This document shows, one piece after another, positions 56,283 to 64,000 of a DNA stretch of 64,000 nt; positions within the stretch are counted from its first letter, which is position 1, and every line of letters begins with the position of its first letter. Source of the stretch: Acidobacteriota bacterium (GTDB lineage: Bacteria; Acidobacteriota; UBA4820; DSQY01); contig JAJYLT010000001.1 of the NCBI GenBank assembly GCA_021787565.1, positions 99,298 through 163,297 of the forward strand, in the 5' to 3' direction. The translations under genes were made by a program, and so were the position numbers. The notes under the pieces were generated by a model that searched no databases, was not told the DNA's origin, and saw nothing but the letters and a program-made list of their open reading frames with translations.

Positions 56283-56649
56283 CGCTCCCCAAAGGGGATG
56301 ATCCTCCCCCCTCTCGGCCCTCCGCTCCGCACCGTCTCGCCCTTCCCTTGGAAAGCCCTACCCAGGCCCCGACCCGGGGCGGGAATCCAGCCCCGCATAC
56401 CGGGCTCCACGGTGTTTGGGATCAACCCGCCGTTGTGGGAGCGATCGCCCGATCGCGATGCTTCGAAGGAGGACTCACACGCTTCGGGAGAGACAGGCGC
56501 CCTCGCCTGTCGAGGCTGCGGGGGCCTTTGCAGGCGCATAGCGGCGCACAGGAGTCCGCCTCTCCCCGTGGGGCGGGCGCCCCCCGCCCGCCGCTTCGGA
56601 GGCCCTCCCTCACCCGTAGCGGCCTATGCCCGCCACCGGCCGTCGGCCG

Positions 56650-56731
56650 CAACGAGTTGCGGCCGCACCAGTCCCTAGGCTATTTGAGTCCGCAGCAGTA
56701 TCGGGCTCAACGACGCGACCAGGTGGCTTGA
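56650..56731 (+). pseudogene. 3' remnant of a transposase (integrase-core C-terminus)
   Basis: ...GRNELRPHQSLGYLSPQQYRAQRRDQVA* resembles the conserved C-terminal tail of IS3/IS481-type transposases; the upstream frame is nonsense. Confidence 0.3.
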
Positions 56732-56763
56732 CTGGAGGGGAGCACTACATTACGGCGTTTCGG

Positions 56764-57129
56764 TCAGCCGCAAGCCGGCGGATCGGCGAGGCCTTCGGAG
56801 AATCCTCCATAGACCAGTGCAGTCGGTCCCGCCTGAAGATGGCCCACCCGGAAGGCCGGCAGGCAGAGGAACCACGCCAGCGCCTGGAGGGTCAGCCCCG
56901 GATGGTCGCCCGGCGCGTGCCTCGCCTCGCGCTCCCGCGTCCGGAACCCGAACACGGGCCCGGGCAGGTATCCGAAGGCCCCCTTCCCGCCCCGCGCGTT
57001 CTTGAAGAGCCACAGCGCCGTGTGGATCGGGAACGTGTCCCTCCGCCCCCGCACCAGCACTTCCCACAGATTCACCGGAGGGTCGAACTCCTCCGGCGCA
57101 AAGGATCGAAGTTTGCGAACACCTGGCAT
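56764..57129 (-). CDS. Hypothetical small protein, paralog 1 (MPGVRKLRS..PEE..PP.NLWEVL.RG..DTFPIHTALWLFKNA)
   Basis: Shares a 44-nt identical DNA stretch and ~75% aa identity over the first 50 residues with 58815-58997. Confidence 0.4.
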   Translation of the reverse strand: MPGVRKLRSFAPEEFDPPVNLWEVLVRGRRDTFPIHTALWLFKNARGGKGAFGYLPGPVFGFRTREREARHAPGDHPGLTLQALAWFLCLPAFRVGHLQAGPTALVYGGFSEGLADPPACG

Positions 57130-57140
57130 CGTGCTCTCTC

Positions 57141-58148
57141 TTACCCCTTCTTGAGGACGGCACCCTGATTGATCCGTTTCTCCAGGGCGGCCAACTCCGT
57201 GGCGATCTCCTCGAAGGTCGGCACCTGACCAAATAGCATGGCCCGCATGGACTGATAGTCTTTCTGCAGCTCGGCGGCATGGTGTTCCGGCGGGAGCAGC
57301 CTCAGGCTTCCAGGCTTGGCCTCCTCGTACCTGGCCCAGGGGCAACGATAGAACCGCATCTTGAACTGCGCGACGTCCTGCAAGAGATTCATCCGCGCCA
57401 GTGCCTGCTCGCGAATCGGCGAGCGGCTCAGCCTGTACAGGTCGTAGTAGTGCCGAGAGTACCGGGGCGGCAGAGGCTTCGCCAGTGCTCGATGGGCTTC
57501 CTGATGCAGTATGGTGGCCTTCTCCCAGAACGTGCGTTCCGCCGCGATGGTTCGTACCGTGCTCTCCGCCTGGCTAAAGAGGTGGGGGAACTGTTCGGCC
57601 GCGTATGGGCGGATCGTTCGTGGCTCGTTCGGGACCCAGGCGGCGATGGGGCCAATTTCCAGCCGGATCTGCGGCTGGACGGCCGCGAGCGAGAAAGCTC
57701 TGGGATAGGGGATGAGGGTCTCTTGCCCGTTCGCCTCGACCTCTAGGCCTGTCCCGAGGCGTTCGCCCAGGGCCGGACGAATGGCCGGCACGAAATCCCG
57801 CGCCAGAAACTCAGCCGTGCGCTGGTTGGATTCCTTGCCGAAAGCGTCTTGCTTCGTCGCGCTTCGCTTCGCCCAAGGTTCGTCAGGGGAATACCCCAAC
57901 GTTCGCCAATCCAGGATCAGATCGATGTCTTCGGAGAATCTCTCGATGGCCCCGAAGGCCTTGGAAAGGCTCGTTCCGCCCTTGAAGGCCAAGTGGTCCC
58001 TCCACGGGCTCTCCTGGAACAGGTAGTCCAACACCCAGCAGACCCAGAAGTCCTTTTCGACGATGGCCTCATGCACGGCCATCTTCTGTGCGGCTGCCCT
58101 GAAGAGATCGCGTCGATCTTTCTCCGGCCGCCGGGCCATCTCACGCAT
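57141..58148 (-). CDS. abiEii: Nucleotidyltransferase AbiEii/AbiGii-family toxin (type IV toxin-antitoxin / abortive infection)
   Basis: 335 aa. ...MAVHEAIVEKDFWVCWVLDYLFQES...LAFKGGTSLSKAFGAIERFSEDIDL matches DUF1814-type nucleotidyltransferase toxins. It overlaps the upstream antitoxin gene by 8 nt. Confidence 0.65.
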   Translation of the reverse strand: MREMARRPEKDRRDLFRAAAQKMAVHEAIVEKDFWVCWVLDYLFQESPWRDHLAFKGGTSLSKAFGAIERFSEDIDLILDWRTLGYSPDEPWAKRSATKQDAFGKESNQRTAEFLARDFVPAIRPALGERLGTGLEVEANGQETLIPYPRAFSLAAVQPQIRLEIGPIAAWVPNEPRTIRPYAAEQFPHLFSQAESTVRTIAAERTFWEKATILHQEAHRALAKPLPPRYSRHYYDLYRLSRSPIREQALARMNLLQDVAQFKMRFYRCPWARYEEAKPGSLRLLPPEHHAAELQKDYQSMRAMLFGQVPTFEEIATELAALEKRINQGAVLKKG

Positions 58149-58782
58149 GAGGGGCTGCCTCCTTCTCCGCCAGGCGCTTGATGATCTCGTAAACCCAGGA
58201 CGTGGCGTAGCGTGCTTCCTTCATCGCCCGGGCGCGCTCGCGTGCGTCCATCACCTTGCCGAGCGCCGCCACCACGGTATCGTCCACATGGGCCTGCCCC
58301 AGGGCCTTCAATGCCTGCACGACCAAGGCCGTCTTGGGCGAAAGCACCGTCGTTTCCTTGTTCGTCCGATGCTTCAGAACGAGGCTTCCCCCATCCCACG
58401 CGTACCGCTTCGTGGGGCCATCGCTGAAGTACTGCCAGTGGGCGGGAACCTGTGTCGACAGGCCCAGCATGTTGAGCGCGGTTTCGCCCGCGGGAACAAT
58501 GGTCCAGCCATGGGCGCGGGCGATGGCGCGGGCGATCGCATCAGGGTCTGGGCTCGCCGGGGTGCCGAGCATTTTGCTGAACTCCGGGTATTCATAGACC
58601 CCCCGCATCAGGCGCCGGATCTGGCCTTTCCCGGCCATGCGGGAAAGGATCTGCCGCACGGTGTCGTGGCTCGCAAGATCCAGGAAGTCCTTCGGAGTAA
58701 ACACCTTACCCCTGCCAGACCCGTATATCCTTGCGATGACCTTATCAGAGAGAGATGTGTCCATCTCGTGCCCTGTATTCAT
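58141..58782 (-). CDS. abiEi: AbiEi-family antitoxin/transcriptional regulator
   Basis: 213-aa protein encoded immediately upstream of, and overlapping, the AbiEii-like gene. N-terminal ...KVIARIYGSGRGKVFTPKDFLDLASHDTVRQILSRMAGKGQIRRLMRGVYEYP is winged-helix-like. Confidence 0.55.
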   Translation of the reverse strand: MNTGHEMDTSLSDKVIARIYGSGRGKVFTPKDFLDLASHDTVRQILSRMAGKGQIRRLMRGVYEYPEFSKMLGTPASPDPDAIARAIARAHGWTIVPAGETALNMLGLSTQVPAHWQYFSDGPTKRYAWDGGSLVLKHRTNKETTVLSPKTALVVQALKALGQAHVDDTVVAALGKVMDARERARAMKEARYATSWVYEIIKRLAEKEAAPHA

Positions 58783-58814
58783 GTCACTAATAATAAGTAG
58801 TTATCGTGACACGG

Positions 58815-58997
58815 TCAAGCCACTTGCTTCGCGAGGTGGGTGAACAACCCGCGGTAGCCCTCAGCGTTCTTGAAGAGCCACAGCGCCGTGTGGATCGGGA
58901 ACGTGTCCTTCTGTCCCCGCTCCAGCACCTCCCACAAGTTCGCCGGAGGGATGACCTCCTCCGGCACAGACGACCTCAGCTTGCGGACTCCTGGCAT
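58815..58997 (-). CDS. Hypothetical small protein, paralog 2 (60 aa)
   Basis: MPGVRKLRSSVPEEVIPPANLWEVLERGQKDTFPIHTALWLFKNAEGYRGLFTHLAKQVA. Confidence 0.4.
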   Translation of the reverse strand: MPGVRKLRSSVPEEVIPPANLWEVLERGQKDTFPIHTALWLFKNAEGYRGLFTHLAKQVA

Positions 58998-59010
58998 AGT
59001 ACCCTCTTTA

Positions 59011-59721
59011 TTACCCTCTTTTCGGGCTGCTACCCTCTTTGCGTTTCCGCGGGACACCCGGGTTATGCCTGAGGCCGACGAACGCGCATCGGCACCGTGG
59101 GCCCTCCAAGGCCCGTAGGACCCTTTGCCGGCACCCGAGGACGGCCAACACTCCTGCCGGCCCGGCTTCCGGCCGCCGGGTGCTCACGGATTTCTCTTGT
59201 TGATGAGATTCACCAGGACGCGGCAAAGGAGGTCCTTTTCCTGGGGCCGGCTCTCGGCGATGAGCAGGGTCATCGCCACGAGGGCATTGTCGGCGATGCG
59301 CTTGCCGCCGTCGGCCCGGTAGAGGGCGCCGTTCGTTCGCCGTGTAGCCTTTCACCAGATGGTCCTTCAGCACTCGCGTCGCCCAGATGCGGAATTGGGT
59401 GCCCTGCAAAGATTTGACCCGGTAGCCCACGGAAATGATGACGTCCAAGTTGTAAAGCGCCACGGGCTTGTCGGAGGAAGGAATGTGCACATTTTGCACG
59501 TTGCCCTTTTCGGGCAGCTCTCCCTCCCGGAAGATGTTGCGCAGATGCTTGGTGATCACCGAGCGCTCCCGGCCAAAGAGCTCGGCCATCTGCGCCTGGG
59601 TCAGCCAGACAGTCTCGCGCTCCAGCCGTACCTCGAGGGTGGAACCGCCGCGCTTCGTACGGTACAGAGCGATTTCCCCGCGGGCTCTCGAACCGTGAGC
59701 GCTATCTCCCATCAGGTCCAC
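59011..59721 (-). pseudogene. RhuM-family protein gene, frameshifted/truncated
   Basis: The N-terminal 130 aa are typical RhuM (EVRLERETVWLTQAQMAELFGRERSVITKHLRNIFREGEL...VISVGYRVKSLQGTQFRIWATRVLKDHLVKGYTANERR). The frame then becomes Pro/Arg-rich nonsense, and an alternative frame gives ..ALYRADGGKRIADNALVAMTLLIAESRPQEKDLLCRVLVNLINKRNP*. Confidence 0.55.
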
Positions 59722-59923
59722 CTTTCTCAGGTGATTCCATCACGTCATAAGGGCGCCTGCAATCCTGAGGGAAGCTACCATAGATGCCCGCCGCCAGGTA
59801 ACCGCTTCCCTTGACGCATAAGATACAGGTCTCATGCGGCCATTCAATCTGCATTGTGTCTTGCCAGGCCTTTCCGCCGCGCTCCGCAAGCCGTGTGGAC
59901 TTGGGAGTGTTGGGTGCGTCCCC

Positions 59924-62900
59924 CTACTCCTCCTCAAACCCCATGCTGTCGAACTTGAGCGTCCTTGCGTTTTCGGTGACGGTGCGGACCAGGCTCTCTG
60001 AAGCCCCCCCGGGAACCCTGGCGTGAATCTCCAGAGTCACCTCAACCTCGGCATCCTTCTGGGACTGGAGGTGGGCGACCACCTCTTCGGCGATGCTGGC
60101 CGCGTCCTTGCCCAATCGCGTGGGGCTGAGTCTCACGGATCCGAAGAAGCGCCTGGGGCGCGGGGGTGGAGGAATCGTGGGCACGCTCTCATCTTCTGTC
60201 GTACCGAGAGGCAAATGGTCTGTTTCAGTGGACTCCGTTGCTGGGGTAGTCTTACCTGGGGGTGGCGTCGAGTCGGCGTCGAGCTGTCTGCGCGCCACTT
60301 CGGCCCTTATGAGCAACCCGCGAAGGTCATCCGTTCCGAGTGGCAGGTGCTGTCCCGCGTGAATGCCCCTGTACCGACCGGAAGCCTCGTCGTAGCTGTC
60401 GGCGAAGGCGAAGGAATCCGTCTCCCAGGTGAGCAGGGCGGCTCCATCGCGAATGGAGTGGATGAGCACCGACGGTGCGCTGAGCCGGGGCAGGTAGCAA
60501 TAACGCGCAAAATCCTCGGCAAGCTGTCGGACACTGACGCTGTCCCCACGCCAGAGCGGCACGCGGTCCAGCTCCATGCGCAGCCGTGTACCGGCCAGCG
60601 CCGTGAAGAGAAGCTCCTCGTTGCGGAGCTTTTTGCCGGCCCGCAGGGCCAAGGCGTCCTGCCCCGTGAGCCGGATCGCCTGCCAGTCCACGGTCGATTG
60701 CGGGGTCTGCTGGGTGGGCACCAGGAGCCACTGGTAGGTCTCGGGCAGCCGGGCCTTCACCGTGCCATCCGCTGCGGACCGTCGCGTCTCAGCCTGTTTG
60801 ACCTGGTGCGGGGTCAGATTGAGCTGTTCCTTCTCAGACAAGATGGATTCCCACGCCAGGAAAGAGCGCACGGCCTCGTCCAGGTCCTGCAGGCGCGTCT
60901 TGTCGGCGGCCAGGAAGACCAGGGCATTCTGATAGGTGCGCGGGACGTTCCCTTTGAGAGACAGAATGGCCTTCGCTTCCGTCTCGGCGGGGCTTGAGGG
61001 TTCCTTGCTGTAAGGGTGGCCGAGGCCGAGCACAACCAGCCCCGCCTCGAAGACATCCTGCACGTCCTGGCTTGCGTGGGGCGTCGCGTGGACTCTGGCG
61101 AAGTCTCCCTTGGTTTCCAGGTCTCTCTTGATGCGCTTCTCCACCTCCATGGCCACCTTGTCGGGGTCACGCTTGAGCTGTTCGGCGCGGTCCTCCGCAA
61201 CCTTGGTGACGGTGGGCTGGGTGGAGTACCAGTAGCGCGCTCCGTCCTGGTAGAGGAAGGTGGCAGTCCCGGCCAACCGGCGCAGGGCATCCCCGAAGAC
61301 GGCTGGCGATTCACCGGGCATCACGCAGCCCAGCTTCACCTGCCTGTCCTCCAAGCCGTGGTGCGCCGCATCGGCCGTGGGAGCCGAACCCAGGTAGATG
61401 GTCCGGGCCACCCGCCGGCAGGCGGCGTGCTTGCCGAGGTTGGGGATCTCCCCGTCCAGCCGCAAGGGCAGCGAGTCGGGACCGTCCACGTCCTTTTCGA
61501 TGACTGGTACCCAGTTGTCCGAGAGGTAGCGGGTCAGCTCGAACTGGACGCGGGGATCGTCGATAGGAATATTCGCCGGCAGGATGAGCGGGTTCCGGTC
61601 CCCCTTTTCCCAGAGGCTGTGGATGACCGCCGCCATGAGGCGCAACACGCCCCGGGTTCGCTGGAACTTCGCGAGCGTCGACCAGTCGTTGTAGAGCCGG
61701 TCGAAGATCTCCGGGTGGATGGGATAGGCCGCCTTGATCCGCTTCTCGTAGTCGGCGGTCCGGCACTCCGGGGGGAACTCCTGCTGCTGGCTCCGGTAAA
61801 AGTCTCCAAAGCCCTGGGCCACGACGTCCCGATCCTTGAACCGGTCGGGTCCGGCCAGGGGCTCGAAGAGCCGCCGCCTCACGATCTCGAACCCCTCCTC
61901 CGCACTGGCAGGCCGCCAGGAGGATTCCAAGCGCCCGACCACGTTTCGCAAGCGCTCCAGGGCCTGCCGCCCCCGCTGGCCTCCCACTTCCGAGTCGTCG
62001 GCTTGGGTGTGGGGGGACCCCGTCGTGTCCGAAGCGGGAAGGCTGATGACCAGCAGGCAGTTCTTCGCCAGCTTGGCGGATTCGGTGAGGACCTGGGCGA
62101 AGGAGAACTGCGTTTCGAAGCTCCCCGCGGGGAGGTCGCCCTCGTCGTGGAGCTGGCGGGCGTAGGCCACCCACTCGTCGATGAGGATCAGGCAAGGCCC
62201 GTACTCCTTGAAGAGCTCGCGCAGCGCGTCGCCCGGGCTCGTGGCCTTCTCGTCGTCGGCCTGGATGCGCTTGAAGGCCTTCTTCCCCCCGAGTTGCCAC
62301 GCGAGTTCGCCCCACAGCGTGCGGATGACGCAGCCGTCGGGCTTGGTGACGGGGTTGCCGGGGGAGATCTTGTTCCCCACGAGCACGACCCGTTTGGCGG
62401 CGGGCAGCTTCTGGGTCCCGGCCTCGCGGAGGATCGCGTCCACCCCGGCCAGCTCCGTGGGGGAGACGCCGGAGAACAGGTGATAGAGGGCCAGCATGGA
62501 GTGGGTCTTGCCGCCGCCGAAGTTGGTCTGGAGCTGGACCACCGGGTCTCCGCCCTTGCCCGAAAGCCGGTGGATGGCCCCCACCAGGAGGCCTTTCAGG
62601 CTCTCCGTCAGGTAGGTGCGCCGGAAAAACTCCACGGGGTCCCGGTACTCGTCGGTCCCCTCGCCCAGGTGCACCTGCCACAGGTCCGCCGCGAACTCGG
62701 CCTGCTGGTACCGTCCGGAGGCCACGTCCGGGTGGGGGGTGACGATCTCCCGCCAGGGTTTGAGGGTTCCGGTCGCCTGGCTCTCGATGGCCGTCCCGGC
62801 GCTCTTGCGCTTCTCGCTGCGCACCTGCTCGTCGAACCTCAGGCGTAGGAGCTCCATCTTGAGCTTCTCCACCTCCTCGGCCTGGGGTGCGCTGACGGCC

Positions 62901-63265
62901 GCCAGCAAGCGGCTGGCCGAGTCGAGGGCGCGGTAGGCGTCGTCGGACGAGAAGGTGCTCTGGTGGGCCCAGCGGTTCCGGATGTCCCGCAGCTCGCTGA
63001 CCAGGGTCCGCTCGGCCTGCCCGAGGGTCTTCTTGAAGACCGTGTTCCACTGGTTCCAGAGAACGGCCAGGAGCGAGGCCGCATCCCACGGAGGCTCCTC
63101 GGTGCCGCTGAAGAGCTTCTCCTGCGTCGGCCCCACCGCCTCGCGGGCGAACTCCAGCCACCGCTGGGCGTGCTGGGCCTTCAGCTCGCGCTCGACGAAG
63201 GGCGCTAACCCGGACTTGAGCAGATCCAATGCCTTGCCGACGCGGTCGTAGTTCGTGATGGCCAT
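59924..63265 (-). CDS. Large Swt1-like HEPN domain fused to a DUF499/BrxC(PglY)-like P-loop NTPase (1113 aa); candidate defence effector
   Basis: The N-terminal ~130 aa carry the HEPN Rx4-6H motif (LRDIRNRWAHQ). Walker A NFGGGKTHSMLALYHLF at ~aa 250 and Walker B CLILIDEWVAY at ~aa 360. There is a long alpha-rich C-terminal region with a Pro-rich linker (PTIPPPPRPRRFF). It lies in a defence island next to AbiE and RhuM genes. Confidence 0.6.
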   Translation of the reverse strand: MAITNYDRVGKALDLLKSGLAPFVERELKAQHAQRWLEFAREAVGPTQEKLFSGTEEPPWDAASLLAVLWNQWNTVFKKTLGQAERTLVSELRDIRNRWAHQSTFSSDDAYRALDSASRLLAAVSAPQAEEVEKLKMELLRLRFDEQVRSEKRKSAGTAIESQATGTLKPWREIVTPHPDVASGRYQQAEFAADLWQVHLGEGTDEYRDPVEFFRRTYLTESLKGLLVGAIHRLSGKGGDPVVQLQTNFGGGKTHSMLALYHLFSGVSPTELAGVDAILREAGTQKLPAAKRVVLVGNKISPGNPVTKPDGCVIRTLWGELAWQLGGKKAFKRIQADDEKATSPGDALRELFKEYGPCLILIDEWVAYARQLHDEGDLPAGSFETQFSFAQVLTESAKLAKNCLLVISLPASDTTGSPHTQADDSEVGGQRGRQALERLRNVVGRLESSWRPASAEEGFEIVRRRLFEPLAGPDRFKDRDVVAQGFGDFYRSQQQEFPPECRTADYEKRIKAAYPIHPEIFDRLYNDWSTLAKFQRTRGVLRLMAAVIHSLWEKGDRNPLILPANIPIDDPRVQFELTRYLSDNWVPVIEKDVDGPDSLPLRLDGEIPNLGKHAACRRVARTIYLGSAPTADAAHHGLEDRQVKLGCVMPGESPAVFGDALRRLAGTATFLYQDGARYWYSTQPTVTKVAEDRAEQLKRDPDKVAMEVEKRIKRDLETKGDFARVHATPHASQDVQDVFEAGLVVLGLGHPYSKEPSSPAETEAKAILSLKGNVPRTYQNALVFLAADKTRLQDLDEAVRSFLAWESILSEKEQLNLTPHQVKQAETRRSAADGTVKARLPETYQWLLVPTQQTPQSTVDWQAIRLTGQDALALRAGKKLRNEELLFTALAGTRLRMELDRVPLWRGDSVSVRQLAEDFARYCYLPRLSAPSVLIHSIRDGAALLTWETDSFAFADSYDEASGRYRGIHAGQHLPLGTDDLRGLLIRAEVARRQLDADSTPPPGKTTPATESTETDHLPLGTTEDESVPTIPPPPRPRRFFGSVRLSPTRLGKDAASIAEEVVAHLQSQKDAEVEVTLEIHARVPGGASESLVRTVTENARTLKFDSMGFEEE

Positions 63266-63315
63266 GGCTTGCTCCTCACTCTGGCGTTCTCTTCCCCATC
63301 CCCGAATTCCCCGGA

Positions 63316-64000
63316 TCAGGCGGTGTCGCCCGGGCCGATCCTGGCCCGCTGGACCATCCGCTCCACTTCGGGGGTCATGTTCACGGCGCTCAGCTCCACC
63401 TGTGGGTGGGCCTGTGCGAAGACCCTGAATAGCTCATCGGCGAAGGCCTGTCCGATCTCCACCACCTCGGCGAAGTCAAGTATCACGTGGCGGAACCGCT
63501 CGAAGCGCATGGAGAGCCGCTTGGCCTGGGAGCGCGAGACCAGCTTCTCCCCCTCGTACTGGGCCAGGCGGACGGGCACGATGGTCTTGGCGAAGGTGTA
63601 CTCTTCGGGCGCCGCAAACTCGTCGAAGACCGACTTGAGGGTGCGGGGGCTGTCGTTGGCCAGCCACATGTTGACCGTGGTTCCCGAGGTCCCTTCGGGT
63701 CGGTCCGCCAGGAGATCCAGCGGGTACTTGTCGTGAAAGAAGGCGAGGCTGCCCGAGCGGATGAGGAACGAGTCGAAGACCCGCGAGGCGAAGAAGATGC
63801 CCTCTCCCGTGTGGTTCGCGGGGTCGGTGGTCAGCTTGCCCTTGGCGAGTTCGAGGATGGATTCGCGCGGGTCGTAAAGGCCGAAGGACCTCTGGATCTT
63901 GAGGAAGATACCTTCCCCCGAGTCGCGGACCATCCCCAAGGTCTTCACCGCGTCGCGCCAGACCCCGACCTCCACCGTGGGGGAACCCGAGTGGTCCACG
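63316..64000 (-). CDS. GHKL-type ATPase (HATPase_c-like G-boxes) with a C-terminal STAS-like (DUF4325-like) domain; partial, N-terminus beyond the window end
   Basis: HTGEGIFFASRVFDSF and GTSGTTVNMWL resemble G2/G3 ATP-lid boxes. The C-terminal HVILDFAEVVEIGQAFADELFRVFAQAHPQVELSAVNMTPEVERMVQRA is STAS/anti-sigma-antagonist-like. It lies 50 nt upstream of, and co-oriented with, the HEPN-DUF499 gene. Confidence 0.45.
   Translation of the reverse strand, partial: VDHSGSPTVEVGVWRDAVKTLGMVRDSGEGIFLKIQRSFGLYDPRESILELAKGKLTTDPANHTGEGIFFASRVFDSFLIRSGSLAFFHDKYPLDLLADRPEGTSGTTVNMWLANDSPRTLKSVFDEFAAPEEYTFAKTIVPVRLAQYEGEKLVSRSQAKRLSMRFERFRHVILDFAEVVEIGQAFADELFRVFAQAHPQVELSAVNMTPEVERMVQRARIGPGDTA

Overview
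High-GC (~68%) bacterial chromosomal window that is mostly housekeeping and signalling genes on the left and accessory/mobile DNA on the right. The product calls below are motif-level readings only and no homology search was possible.

Main content, left to right:
- queD (partial) and a 2-Cys peroxiredoxin.
- Three very large PAS/GAF-rich sensor histidine kinases plus a response regulator. Two of these genes carry frameshifts.
- MurJ, Dtd, a ferredoxin-NADP reductase and XerD.
- A chemotaxis operon: cheR-mcp-cheW-cheY-cheA-cheC.
- An amidohydrolase, a PLP-dependent enzyme, a B12/radical-SAM protein and RNase G.
- DedA, an MBL-fold hydrolase, SSB, RsmD and SelB.
- A redox/Fe-S themed cluster: rubrerythrin-like protein, NifS-like cysteine desulfurase, a 2Fe-2S ferredoxin-like protein and a sigma-54 activator with a Cys-rich PAS domain.
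- MobB and a DnaC/IstB-like ATPase.

The right third is accessory:
- Two tandem group II introns (one ORF-less, one carrying a reverse transcriptase/maturase) inserted just after a terminator hairpin.
- tRNA-Pro(UGG) with a ~6.9 kb integrative element bounded by 49-bp att repeats. It carries int, xis-like HTH genes, a DnaB-like helicase and a putative replication protein, but no structural genes.
- A defence-type island: an AbiEi/AbiEii module flanked by a duplicated small ORF, a frameshifted RhuM-like gene, and a 1113-aa Swt1-like HEPN domain fused to a DUF499/BrxC-like P-loop NTPase. Directly upstream of that gene is a GHKL-ATPase/STAS-like partner that runs off the window. This pair is the most likely under-described system here.

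The window also contains several families of palindromic REP/MITE-like repeats and unusual short tandem repeat arrays.
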